Source of the DNA: Clostridiaceae bacterium
Lineage (GTDB): Bacteria; Bacillota; Clostridia; Oscillospirales; Acutalibacteraceae
Assembly: GCA_904501705.1 (NCBI GenBank)
Contig: CAJGCA010000001.1
Coordinates: 15,488-79,487, forward strand
Direction: 5' to 3'
Length of the DNA: 64,000 nucleotides
Positions 20,283 through 28,973 of this stretch are shown one piece after another. A model generated the notes under the pieces. The model saw only the letters and a list, made by a program, of their open reading frames with translations. It was not told the origin of the DNA and did not search any database. Numbering within the stretch: the first letter of the stretch is position 1; each line of letters starts with the position of its first letter. The translations under genes were made by a program, and so were the position numbers.

Positions 20283-21398
20283 TTATTTATAATACATATA
20301 AAGCTGACATTTCAGCATACCGTTATAGAGCTTGCGGCGTTTATCTGCGGGACGACCGAACAGCTCCTCGAACTGTTCGTGCGGACTGATGATCGCATAA
20401 CTCCAACCGGCTTTTGGTGCAAACACCTTACCCATCACGCGGTAAAGTTCTTCCGCCGCCTTTACGTCCAGCAGTCGCTCGCCGTACGGCGGGTTGCACA
20501 GCACCGTGCCGCTGTCACCATCGGGCACAAACGAACGGATATCCGTCTGCGCGGTGGATATACAACTCCCTACACCCGCTTTTTGCGCGTTCTCTTTCGC
20601 TAATTTCAGCACCTCAGCGTCAATATCTCCACCTCGTGCCGCAAAGGTCACATCGCGCTCGAATTCCCGTGCACGCGTACGCTCCTGTTTCCAAACATCC
20701 TCCGGAATGCTACCCCAATGCATCGCCGAGAAACCTCGACGAATACCCGGTGCAATACCCTTGGCCGCGAGCGCCGCCTCAATTATCAGGGTTCCCGAAC
20801 CGCAGCAGGGATCACAGACAAGCTGTGCGCGCCGCGCGCGGGTCACATCGACGATCGCCGCCGCCAGCGTTTCTTTGATCGGCGCGCCGCCGGCGACTGT
20901 GCGATAACCACGCTTGTGCAATCCGGCGCCGCTGGTATCCAACATCAGCGTCGCCTCATCCTTTAGTATCGTGAACTGCACTTGACATTTACAGCCCGTT
21001 TCATTGAGAAAACGCGTATCGTATGCATCGCGCAGATGTTCCACGATCGCCTTTTTGATGATCGACTGGCAGTCGGGAACGCTGTGGAGCTTAGAATTGA
21101 GCGACCATCCCTTCACAGGGAACGCATCTGCACGACCGATCCAACGTTCCCACGACAGCGCGCGCACGCCTTCGAACAGCTCATCGAAAGACCGCGCGGC
21201 AAACCGGCCGAGCACAATCAGAATTCGTTCAGCATAACGCGAGGAGATATTCGCCCGCGCAAGCATCGACAGATCACCGTTAAACAGCACCCGTCCGTTC
21301 TCGGGGCGAACATTCTCCGCGCCCATGCGGCGTAACTCATCGCCCAATATTCCCTCAATGCCAAACAGGCACGGAGCGCAAAATTCGATCAATTCCAT
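20283..21398 (-). CDS. THUMP-domain class I SAM-dependent RNA methyltransferase (RlmKL/YpsC-like)
   Basis: Start moved to ATG 21398 (MELIEFCAPCLFGIEGILGDELRRMG). SAM motif VCDPCCGSGTLIIEAA and catalytic motif LCNPPYGERL. Confidence 0.85.
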   Translation of the reverse strand: MELIEFCAPCLFGIEGILGDELRRMGAENVRPENGRVLFNGDLSMLARANISSRYAERILIVLGRFAARSFDELFEGVRALSWERWIGRADAFPVKGWSLNSKLHSVPDCQSIIKKAIVEHLRDAYDTRFLNETGCKCQVQFTILKDEATLMLDTSGAGLHKRGYRTVAGGAPIKETLAAAIVDVTRARRAQLVCDPCCGSGTLIIEAALAAKGIAPGIRRGFSAMHWGSIPEDVWKQERTRAREFERDVTFAARGGDIDAEVLKLAKENAQKAGVGSCISTAQTDIRSFVPDGDSGTVLCNPPYGERLLDVKAAEELYRVMGKVFAPKAGWSYAIISPHEQFEELFGRPADKRRKLYNGMLKCQLYMYYK

Positions 21399-21514
21399 AA
21401 TCCCGTTCCTTTTCTCATCACACGCGCGGCACACAACCGCACTTAAACAGCAAGAAAGGGAACACATTTTCTCCGACGGAGAAAAGGCGGTCCCTTTCAA
21501 AATGATCCGGATTT

Positions 21515-21961
21515 TTATTGGCCGCCGCGGGGCGTCTTGCGGGCAAATCCGCCGTGCTTGCTATCCATCGAACGCTTGATGTCGGAAAACTTCTCGTCGC
21601 TGGTAGCCTTAAAGCGGCTCATCATATCCTCAAAGTTCTCGCTGCGAGAGGAAGAAGAGTTCCATTCAAAGTTATCAGGGCGACCGGAAAACGTCTGGCG
21701 ACGCGGTGCAACAGTGCGCGGTGCAGGCGGCGACGCTTTCTTCATTGAAAGGCTGATCTTACCACCCTCACCAATGCTAAGCACCTTCACCTTGACAGTC
21801 TGTCCCTCAGTGATAAAGTCTCGGATCTCCTTGACGTATGTAGAAGCCACCTCGGAAATATGGACCATACCGGTCTTCTTTTCCGGGAGCTCGACGAACG
21901 CACCAAACTTGGTAATACCGGTAACTTTACCCTCTAATACCGCTCCAACCTCTAACTGCAT
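21515..21961 (-). CDS. yabR: S1 RNA-binding domain protein (YabR-like)
   Basis: S1 fold GAVLEGKVTGITKFGAFVELPEKKTGMVHISEVASTYVKEIRDFITEGQTVKVKVLSI. Position after divIC, as in Bacillus. Confidence 0.85.
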   Translation of the reverse strand: MQLEVGAVLEGKVTGITKFGAFVELPEKKTGMVHISEVASTYVKEIRDFITEGQTVKVKVLSIGEGGKISLSMKKASPPAPRTVAPRRQTFSGRPDNFEWNSSSSRSENFEDMMSRFKATSDEKFSDIKRSMDSKHGGFARKTPRGGQ

Positions 21962-21983
21962 AGACTTCCAAAATCCCCCTAGG

Positions 21984-22265
21984 TCAATTTACGAACTGAT
22001 ATACCTGATCGTACGGACCGATATAGCCGTCCTCACGCAAATATTGCTCTAAATTCTCATCAATATTGTCGACTTTATTTTGCAAATCCTCGAGATAGAT
22101 TTCCTCGACCGCTTTGCGTTCCGCCAGCGCATCAATCTCCGCCTGTTTCTCGTTGAGCTGCATCTGGATCTGCACCAGTTTGAAAAAGCCGAAGGCTACG
22201 ACCGCAACTATGACAACACGGAACAAAGCACTATTCTTTTTGCGTTGACGACGCCCTGTTCTCAT
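21984..22265 (-). CDS. divIC: Septum formation initiator family protein (DivIC/FtsB)
   Basis: Start moved to ATG 22265, giving a basic N-terminus MRTGRRQRKKN. One TM helix (LFRVVIVAVVAFGFFKLV) and a coiled coil (QMQLNEKQAEIDALAERKAVEEIYLEDLQNKV). Conserved position. Confidence 0.75.
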   Translation of the reverse strand: MRTGRRQRKKNSALFRVVIVAVVAFGFFKLVQIQMQLNEKQAEIDALAERKAVEEIYLEDLQNKVDNIDENLEQYLREDGYIGPYDQVYQFVN

Positions 22266-22341
22266 ATTGCCACCCCCGCAATGCAATCCTATAGCCAAAA
22301 TAAATTCACACTGTCTATTCTACAGTCAAACGGCACAAATT

Positions 22342-22812
22342 TCAAGAGTTTTTTTGAAAAAAACGTGATTTTTTTTGCGCTTTTTTTACACTTTTTCCTA
22401 TTTTCTCCCGCAAGAGTGAAAAAACACGAAAAATCGCCGTCATTGCCAGCCGAAACGGGATAGTTATCCACGACAAAACCGTCCGAAACACACGGTACAA
22501 AAAACGCAGCAGCAGGTAAAGTGCACGGCTGAACAACCTACCGATGGTTAGATGCTGTACAATCATACCAATCGCAATACCGAAAAACAGAAGCGGATGC
22601 ATCCGCCCATCCATCACCGCTAAGGAAAAGAAAAAGGTTACTAAAGCTGCCAACACGAAAAAGGCGACATCACCAAGAAAGACCGGCAATCGGTTACGAC
22701 GGCGCATTTTGCTCAAGACATTAAAGCAATCAAACACAAATCCCAGGCATACGCCAAGCGCGCCGCTCTCAATAAGCAGGGCGACCTGATGCCGTCCTAT
22801 CCACTCAGGCAC
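22342..22812 (-). CDS. yabQ: Spore cortex biosynthesis protein YabQ (probable)
   Basis: Hydrophobic multi-pass protein directly after yabP. GTG start 6 nt after the yabP stop. The Lys-rich C-terminus is encoded by an AT-rich tract, and the exact ends are uncertain. Confidence 0.6.
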   Translation of the reverse strand: MPEWIGRHQVALLIESGALGVCLGFVFDCFNVLSKMRRRNRLPVFLGDVAFFVLAALVTFFFSLAVMDGRMHPLLFFGIAIGMIVQHLTIGRLFSRALYLLLRFLYRVFRTVLSWITIPFRLAMTAIFRVFSLLREKIGKSVKKAQKKSRFFQKNS

Positions 22813-22818
22813 GGCAAA

Positions 22819-23097
22819 TCACCGAAACAGGCGGCCAAAGAATCCGCCGCCTTTATGGCTGTCAGCGTACTCCAGAGCGCGGATGTTGCCCTCGATTGAT
22901 AGCAAACCACACGCAAGATCCAGCTGTCGGATGTGCAATCCACTGCCGTGGATCGTCAGCTCCCCGAGCGGCGTGTATGCCAGAACGGTTGTTTCATCAA
23001 AGCTGTCCACATCCGACACGCCTGTCAATTCCAACTGCTGCCTTTCCTGCATAATCAGCTGATGCGATGTATGCATTTGTTTATCGTTACGTTCCAT
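22819..23097 (-). CDS. yabP: Sporulation protein YabP
   Basis: ELTGVSDVDSFDETTVLAYTPLGELTIHGSGLHIRQLDLACGLLSIEGNIRALEY is the YabP pattern. ATG 23097 is preferred because GGAGG lies 7 nt upstream. Confidence 0.85.
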   Translation of the reverse strand: MERNDKQMHTSHQLIMQERQQLELTGVSDVDSFDETTVLAYTPLGELTIHGSGLHIRQLDLACGLLSIEGNIRALEYADSHKGGGFFGRLFR

Positions 23098-23157
23098 AGC
23101 GCCGCCTCCATCCATTCATAAGAATATGTATGAACAAAGAGAGGCGGGTATGCTCAG

Positions 23158-23400
23158 TCAAGGTAAAACTTCATACAACATTGCCGCATCGTTTTTGGCT
23201 ACCGTTTCCTGCACGGCAATAACGCGTGCGCGCAGTTGCCGGGCGCCGAGCGTGATCTCAATCACATCTCCCACCTTCACATCGTACGATGCCCGCGCAG
23301 GCTTCGCGTTGACAAGCACCTTCCCCGCATCGCACGCCTCGTTGGCTACCGTACGGCGTTTGATCAAACGAGACACTTTCAAATATTTATCTAAACGCAT
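23158..23400 (-). CDS. yabO: S4-domain RNA-binding protein (YabO/Hsp15-like)
   Basis: MRLDKYLKVSRLIKRRTVANEACDAGKVLVNAKPARASYDVKVGDVIEI, an S4 domain. Confidence 0.85.
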   Translation of the reverse strand: MRLDKYLKVSRLIKRRTVANEACDAGKVLVNAKPARASYDVKVGDVIEITLGARQLRARVIAVQETVAKNDAAMLYEVLP

Positions 23401-23461
23401 AATTCTTCTCCCCCAATGACAAAAAAAGCCGTCCGAACGGACGGCTTTAATCGTGCAGTGT

Positions 23462-23734
23462 TTATTTCACAGCGTTCTTCAGAGCCGCGCCGGCCTTGAA
23501 GACGGGCTGCTTGGAAGCAGCGATCTTGATGGCTTCCTTGGTCTGGGGGTTACGGCCCATGCGAGCAGCGCGCTCACGGACTTCAAAAGTACCGAAACCA
23601 ATCAACTGGACCTTCTCACCGGCGACCAGAGCGGCCTCGATGGAACCAACGACAGCAGCAACAGCCTTCTCGGCATCTTTCTTGGACAGACCAGCCTTCT
23701 CCGCAACAGCGGCAATGAGTTCTACCTTGTTCAT
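23462..23734 (-). CDS. hup: DNA-binding protein HU
   Basis: Start moved to ATG 23734 (RBS GGAGG), giving [65 protein letters not shown]. Confidence 0.95.
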   Translation of the reverse strand: MNKVELIAAVAEKAGLSKKDAEKAVAAVVGSIEAALVAGEKVQLIGFGTFEVRERAARMGRNPQTKEAIKIAASKQPVFKAGAALKNAVK

Positions 23735-23883
23735 AACGATATACCTCCAAAAAATTATATTCCAGCGGCGCGTTGCCGCACTGTGGATAAAATGCACAAA
23801 CGGCAAAAATGACCGCTGTCAATATAACTATACACCTTCTAAGGTCTTTTTGCAAGGGGAAATTTCTTTTTCGGCTGTTTCGC

Positions 23884-23904
23884 AAAAAACGCGCCGCGTT
23901 TTCT
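23884..23904 (-). terminator. Probable intrinsic terminator of the G3E gene pair
   Basis: On the minus strand: AAAACGC-GGC-GCGTTTT followed by further T residues, about 75 nt after the stop at 23981. Confidence 0.5.
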
Positions 23905-23980
23905 GTTAAAAACGCCAAAATATCACGCACAAATGTCCCGTTTATAGCGAAACTCGCAACTCTGCTAATGCGTTAGCGCA

Positions 23981-24922
23981 TTAATAGAATGTAGCGACCT
24001 CATTTTCGGGAGCGTCTGTTTTAACGACCGTTATCGCGGTTAACACTGGCCCGACACGCCCATAGCAAGCGTGTTCACGAATGCTTATCGAAGCTTCTAA
24101 CACGACCCAATCGCGGCTTTTGAGCGTCGACACGTCCGTCCACTCGCACACGAGGCCGGCAAAGCGAATATCATCAGCGCAGCAGGTCATCAACGGTCTG
24201 CCGATGATAAAACAGCCCTTGGGGACGGAACGATCGACCATAACTTGCCCTTTGAATTTTACTTTTTTTCCGTCGTAAACGTTCAGCTCCTCTGACAGAT
24301 CCCGATACCACAAGGCATAATCACTATCTTCTATCGTGATCATCGCCGCATCCTTATCAAAGGGCAACGGGTCCTCAATGTTGTCGTATTCCACGTCGTT
24401 CTCACTATATTCATAGGCGATTTCGGAACGGCGGGTTACGCCGCGCACGATCTTATGCAGGGTCATTTTATCCAACCCCTTTTGCGCGCGGTTAAAGATC
24501 ACAAGTTCAGGTGACCCGAGTTTGTCCACGACCAGATTGCGCATATTCGCGTTGTACGCGGCAAAGGTGTTGGCATCTGCAAACAGCATCTCCTGATAGA
24601 TCACCCAGTTTTTGGGCATATTCTGGAACAATGTGCTGAGCAGCCACATCCCGTTATATTCAATTATGACGCGCTGTGCGCGATGCTTCTTTTGCAGTGC
24701 AGTCAGATTCTCTGCCGTCAACTGTTCCGGTTCTTCGATTGTTTCAATATAGACATTTTGGGAAGGGTAACGGCTGACATCCAGCTCCGTCTCCCCCTCC
24801 TCACACAGCAAAACAAGCGTGCGCTCACCGCTGTTGAAGCGTTTATCCTCTAGCGTCCCTTGAATGAACGAGGTTTTTCCGGCATCGAGAAAGCCGGTGA
24901 ACAAATAAACGGGGATTTCCAT
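23981..24922 (-). CDS. Degenerate G3E/CobW-like P-loop protein fused to a DUF1980 (TIGR03943)-like C-terminal CC-motif domain
   Basis: Walker A FTGFLDAGKTS aligns with the neighbour's GFLGAGKTT. The CXCC metal motif is absent, and the Walker B (IIEYNGM) and NKxD (FNRAQ) equivalents are degenerate. The C-terminal part GKKVKFKGQVMVDRSVPKGCFIIGRPLMTCCADDIRFAGLVCEW...WVVLEASI...PVLTAITVV parallels the DUF1980 pattern (G-K-x-V..G-x-V...R-x-x-x-x-CCAxD...G). Confidence 0.6.
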   Translation of the reverse strand: MEIPVYLFTGFLDAGKTSFIQGTLEDKRFNSGERTLVLLCEEGETELDVSRYPSQNVYIETIEEPEQLTAENLTALQKKHRAQRVIIEYNGMWLLSTLFQNMPKNWVIYQEMLFADANTFAAYNANMRNLVVDKLGSPELVIFNRAQKGLDKMTLHKIVRGVTRRSEIAYEYSENDVEYDNIEDPLPFDKDAAMITIEDSDYALWYRDLSEELNVYDGKKVKFKGQVMVDRSVPKGCFIIGRPLMTCCADDIRFAGLVCEWTDVSTLKSRDWVVLEASISIREHACYGRVGPVLTAITVVKTDAPENEVATFY

Positions 24923-24923
24923 T

Positions 24924-26072
24924 TTACGCCTCCTCGGTGTGGGGTAAGCGAAAAAGCTCGGCGACCGCCGCCTTGTTGAGCTGTGCGCCGATCACGCAAA
25001 GACGGCCGATCACATCCGCACCGCCGACACGAACGTCCGGAGCACCGGGAACATAATCGAAATGAATCCACTGTCCGTCCTCACCCGCAACAATACCCTT
25101 GGCGCGCAGGACAGCGCCGAAGCGGTGTTCATCCTGCAGAGCCTCCAATGCGTGCAGAATATCCGCCTTTGAGTAAACGATCGCCGTCTCGGCACCCCAA
25201 CTGGTGAACACATCGTCCGCGTAGTGGCGGTGATGATGATGTCCATGGTGATGGTGATGGTCGTGATCGTGATCGTGCTCATGACAATGGCACTCTTCCT
25301 CATCGTGATGGTGATGATGATCGCCATACTCCTCGTGATGATGGCAGTGACACTCTTCATCGTGATCGTGTTGATGGTGATGCTCATCTTCGTGGTGATC
25401 GTGGCTATGATGGTGATGATGTCCGCATTCGGGGCAGACCTCCTCTTCCTCCAGCATAGCCATCGCCGCTTCAAGCGTATTTTTCCGTTCCATCGCCATC
25501 AGGATCTGCGCGCCCTCCAGTTGCGACCACGGGGTCGTAATAATCGTCACGCCCTTGTTGCGGTCACGCAGAAGTTCAACGCAAGCCGTCAGCTTTTCTT
25601 GCGTTATTCCGTCGGTACGGCTGAGAACGATACAGCCCGCGTGCTCGATCTGATCATTGTAAAACTCGCCGAAGTTTTTCATATAAATGTGGCACTTGGT
25701 CGCGTCGGCGACAGTCGTAAAGCTGTTTAGCTTCACATCCTCTGATGCGATCTTTTCCACCGCACGTATGACGTCGCTAAGCTTACCGACACCCGACGGC
25801 TCGATAAGAATGCGGTCAGGCGAGAACCGCTCGAGCACCTTGCCGAGCGCCTCGGTGAAATCACCAACCAGACTGCAGCAGATACAACCGGAGTTCATCT
25901 CCGTAATCTCAATGCCGGCCTCCTTCAAAAAGCCACCGTCGATGCCGATCTCACCGAATTCGTTCTCGATGAGAACCAGCTTCTCCCCCGTATAAGCTTC
26001 TTTAATAAGCTTTTTGATGAGCGTGGTCTTCCCCGCGCCCAAAAAGCCCGAAAAAATATCGATCTTCGTCAT
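24924..26072 (-). CDS. CobW/COG0523-type G3E GTPase metallochaperone with a long His/Cys/Asp/Glu-rich insert
   Basis: Start moved to ATG 26072 (MTKIDIFSGFLGAGKTTLIKKL). Motifs: Walker A GFLGAGKT, ENEFGE, CXCC metal motif GCICCS, Walker B-like LIEPSG, LSRTD. The His-rich tract spans residues 234-304 of the track ORF (nt 25224..25436), followed by a CobW_C-like tail. Confidence 0.85.
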   Translation of the reverse strand: MTKIDIFSGFLGAGKTTLIKKLIKEAYTGEKLVLIENEFGEIGIDGGFLKEAGIEITEMNSGCICCSLVGDFTEALGKVLERFSPDRILIEPSGVGKLSDVIRAVEKIASEDVKLNSFTTVADATKCHIYMKNFGEFYNDQIEHAGCIVLSRTDGITQEKLTACVELLRDRNKGVTIITTPWSQLEGAQILMAMERKNTLEAAMAMLEEEEVCPECGHHHHHSHDHHEDEHHHQHDHDEECHCHHHEEYGDHHHHHDEEECHCHEHDHDHDHHHHHGHHHHRHYADDVFTSWGAETAIVYSKADILHALEALQDEHRFGAVLRAKGIVAGEDGQWIHFDYVPGAPDVRVGGADVIGRLCVIGAQLNKAAVAELFRLPHTEEA

Positions 26073-26336
26073 AATATCTGTCCTTTCAACTTCGTTTACG
26101 ACACACAGTATAGCACGATTTACGCCCGTTTTCAACCGCCTTTTGTCGATTTTTGTAACATTCAGCCTACATTGGCATCATCAACGTGAAGAGAATTTGT
26201 GCAGTTGACGAAAACGTGAATTTTTCAAGGTTTTTCGCCATTTTCAGGTTGATTTTTTTGGATAATTTTAGTATAATACCCTTATGTTGGTGAATGGATA
26301 TACGGTTTCAGGGGGATAATCTCACGGAGGGGTAAA

Positions 26337-27176
26337 ATGGCTATCGACTTGCACTGCCACACAAAAATTTCCGACGGCTCAATGGGCATTGACGAACTGC
26401 TCGCTACGGCAAAGCGCCGCGGCATCACCGCGCTTGCCATCACCGACCACGATGCGATCGCCGGCGCAACCCGCGCAGTGATCGCCGGCAAGCGTGTCGG
26501 AATCGACGTCATCCACGGTGTCGAATTCTCTGCCTACGACAAAAAACGCGATCGCCGTGTGCACATTCTCGGCTACCTCTGCGACTATCCCGACCGTCTC
26601 GAGGGTATGTGCCGTCAGATCAGCGCAGCACGCCGCACTGCTGCCACGGAGATGGTGCGCAAGGTACTCCGCTACTACCCCATCATCCCCGACTCTATCG
26701 CCCGCTGTGCTTCCGGCAGCTCGGCGATCTTCAAACAGCACATTATGCACGCGCTGATCGACGCGGGTTACGCCTCTTCTTTCTTCGGTGAGGTATTTGA
26801 GAAGCTCTTCAACCGTAAAAACGGTTGCGCCTATATCCCGTTTGACTATCCGGACGTGTACGAGATCATCGACCTTATTCACAGTGCAGGCGGGATCGCT
26901 GTGATGGCGCACCCTTACACCTACCACAGCGAAGAGTTGATGGAAGAACTCGTCGAAAGCGGCAAGCTCGATGGCATCGAGGTGTGGCGTCCGACGCACA
27001 CCGAGGAGCAAGTCACAGCACTCACCGCCTTTGCAGAGCAGCACGGGCTGCTGGTGACCGGCGGCAGCGATTTTCACGGGATGTACGCCAAGACTGCCCG
27101 ACCGCTCGGGTGTCAGGCTCCCGAAGATACGGTGCAGAAGATGCGCGCCTATAAAGCGCAGAAAAAGCGCGGATAA
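26337..27176 (+). CDS. PHP-domain metal-dependent phosphoesterase (TrpH/YciV-like)
   Basis: MAIDLHCHTKISDGSMGIDELLATAKRRGITALAITDHDAIAG carries PHP motifs I and II. Later His/Asp motifs are MAHPY and GGSDFHG. Confidence 0.85.
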   Translation: MAIDLHCHTKISDGSMGIDELLATAKRRGITALAITDHDAIAGATRAVIAGKRVGIDVIHGVEFSAYDKKRDRRVHILGYLCDYPDRLEGMCRQISAARRTAATEMVRKVLRYYPIIPDSIARCASGSSAIFKQHIMHALIDAGYASSFFGEVFEKLFNRKNGCAYIPFDYPDVYEIIDLIHSAGGIAVMAHPYTYHSEELMEELVESGKLDGIEVWRPTHTEEQVTALTAFAEQHGLLVTGGSDFHGMYAKTARPLGCQAPEDTVQKMRAYKAQKKRG

Positions 27177-27191
27177 CAGGAGGCAACCACA

Positions 27192-27443
27192 ATGAGTCAT
27201 TCCTACAAGACCCAAGGCGTTTGCTCTCGCAACATTTCCTTCGACATTCGTGACGGCCGTGTGTATGACGTCCGTTTTGACGGCGGCTGCAACGGCAACA
27301 CACAGGGCATTTCTGGCCTTGTGGACGGTATGACCGTCGACGAGGTCATCCGCCGTCTGTCCGGCATCCGCTGCGGCTACAAGGGCACTTCCTGCCCCGA
27401 TCAGCTCGCCAAGGCGCTGGAAAAAGCAAAACAAGAAGTGTAA
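27192..27443 (+). CDS. TSCPD-domain small protein (TIGR03905-like, four Cys)
   Basis: 83 aa, CSRNISFDIRDGRVYDVRFDGGCNGNTQGISGLVDGMTVDEVIRRLSGIRCGYKGTSCPDQLAKAL. The spacing of the four Cys and the TSCPDQ motif are characteristic. Confidence 0.72.
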   Translation: MSHSYKTQGVCSRNISFDIRDGRVYDVRFDGGCNGNTQGISGLVDGMTVDEVIRRLSGIRCGYKGTSCPDQLAKALEKAKQEV

Positions 27444-27446
27444 GAA

Positions 27447-27480
27447 AAATGCTGTTGCAGATTCCTGTAACAGCATTTTC
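27447..27480 (+). terminator. Terminator-like hairpin between the TSCPD gene and rsmF
   Basis: AATGCTGTT-N13-AACAGCATT followed by TTCTGTG. The weak U-tract suggests partial termination or a processing site. Confidence 0.4.
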
Positions 27481-27500
27481 TGTGTAAAGGAGGGACGATC

Positions 27501-28880
27501 ATGCAATTGCCGCAAGCGTTTACCGAACGAATGAAACCGTTACTCGGTAACGAGTGGTCGGCATTCCTCGCCGCCTACGACGCTCCTTTGCGTCGCGGTT
27601 TGCGCGTCAACACCGCCAAAATATCCGCTAAAGAGTTCTGCGCCATTTTCCCGTTGCCGCTGACCCCCTCCCCGTTTGCGTCGGAGGCATTTTACCTCGA
27701 CGAACCACACAAGGCGGGCAGTGACCCGCTGCATCACGCAGGAACGTATTATATGCAGGAACCGAGCGCGACTTCAGCAGTCACGGTGCTCGCGCCAAAA
27801 CCGCACGAGAAGATCCTCGACCTCTGCGCCGCTCCAGGCGGCAAATCCACCCAGATTCTCGCCGTGCTTGGCGACAGCGGGTTGCTGTGGAGTAATGAAT
27901 ACGTCCCCAGTCGTGCACGCATACTTGAGCAAAACCTCGAACGGTGCGGTGCACGGCGACAGGTTATCTCAAACAACGACACCGCCAAACTGTGCAGCAC
28001 ACTCGCCGACTATTTTGACGCTGTTCTGGTCGACGCCCCCTGCTCAGGCGAAGGGATGTTCCGCAAGGAACCACAGGCACTAACCGAGTGGAGCTTAGAC
28101 AACATCCGCCTATGCGCTGCGCGACAGACCAAGATTTTGAACAACGCTGCACGCGCTGTGCGACCGGGCGGACGGCTAGTCTATTCGACCTGCACCTTCG
28201 CCCCTGAGGAAAACGAGGCAGTCATCGCACGTTTTCTTGCCGATTATCCTGACTTTTCGCTTATTCCAATCACCGCCCCATGGGGAACTCCCGCGTTTAA
28301 CTTTGACCGCATCCGCTCATTCTGCAGCACCGATACTTGTACAGCGGATCTTTCGGGTTGTCGGCGTATCTTCCCCCAACACGGCGGCGAGGGGCATTTT
28401 ATCGCGCTGCTGCAGCGCAACGAGAATGCCACCGCCAATCCGCCGCGGGCATACACTCCACCGATAAAAGACGCCAACCGCGACGCCGCGCGCGAGCTGT
28501 ATGCGGAGTGCTTTATTAGCCCGCCAATCGGCGAATTCGTCACCTTCGGCGACTGCGTGCGGTTGTTACCGCCCGAGTTGCCCGATCTGACGGGACTCAA
28601 CATTCTGTCCGCGGGCATCCGTGTCGCCGAAGTATGCAAAAACCGACTTGAGCCCTGCCACAGCGCCTTTTTGGCAACCAATCTTGCGGGCTGTCGCCGT
28701 GCCGTATCATTAGCACCGAATGATCCCCATCTGTTCGCGTTTCTGCACGGCGAGGAGCTTGCGCTCAATAGTGAAAAAGGTTGGACAGCCGTCGGTGTCG
28801 GTGATCTGCCTGTCGGTTTCGGAAAATGTGTCGGCGGACGCCTCAAAAATCGCTACCCCAAGGGTTTGCGTTTGCTGTGA
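27501..28880 (+). CDS. RsmB/NOP-family rRNA cytosine-C5 methyltransferase (RsmF-like)
   Basis: Motifs [38 protein letters not shown] and [14 protein letters not shown]. Confidence 0.85.
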   Translation: MQLPQAFTERMKPLLGNEWSAFLAAYDAPLRRGLRVNTAKISAKEFCAIFPLPLTPSPFASEAFYLDEPHKAGSDPLHHAGTYYMQEPSATSAVTVLAPKPHEKILDLCAAPGGKSTQILAVLGDSGLLWSNEYVPSRARILEQNLERCGARRQVISNNDTAKLCSTLADYFDAVLVDAPCSGEGMFRKEPQALTEWSLDNIRLCAARQTKILNNAARAVRPGGRLVYSTCTFAPEENEAVIARFLADYPDFSLIPITAPWGTPAFNFDRIRSFCSTDTCTADLSGCRRIFPQHGGEGHFIALLQRNENATANPPRAYTPPIKDANRDAARELYAECFISPPIGEFVTFGDCVRLLPPELPDLTGLNILSAGIRVAEVCKNRLEPCHSAFLATNLAGCRRAVSLAPNDPHLFAFLHGEELALNSEKGWTAVGVGDLPVGFGKCVGGRLKNRYPKGLRLL

Positions 28881-28944
28881 TCACATAAAAAGGAATAATA
28901 AGGATAAAATATTTGTATATTTGTACGATTTTCCACACACCCCC

Positions 28945-28973
28945 TTGCAAACGGGCGAAAAATCGTATACAAT
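28945..28973 (+). promoter_or_regulatory. Sigma-A-type promoter of pgk-tpiA-gpmI
   Basis: TTGCAA (28945-28950), 17-nt spacer, TACAAT (28968-28973). It is bracketed by repeats (see findings). Confidence 0.55.

Noticed and set aside
25224-25436. Repetitive GTGATG/ATGGTG-rich DNA that could be mistaken for a tandem repeat or array.
   Set aside because: It lies in frame inside the CobW-type gene and encodes the His-rich tract. It has no spacer/repeat periodicity and no flanking cas or mobile genes.
26092-26101. Possible Zur box in the promoter or leader of the CobW-type gene (TCGTTTACGA on the plus strand).
   Set aside because: Only 4-bp arms (TCGT/ACGA) with a 2-nt centre. That is far from the 7-1-7 TCGTAAT-N-ATTACGA Zur operator I remember. 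It is too short to distinguish from chance, so zinc regulation remains unproven.
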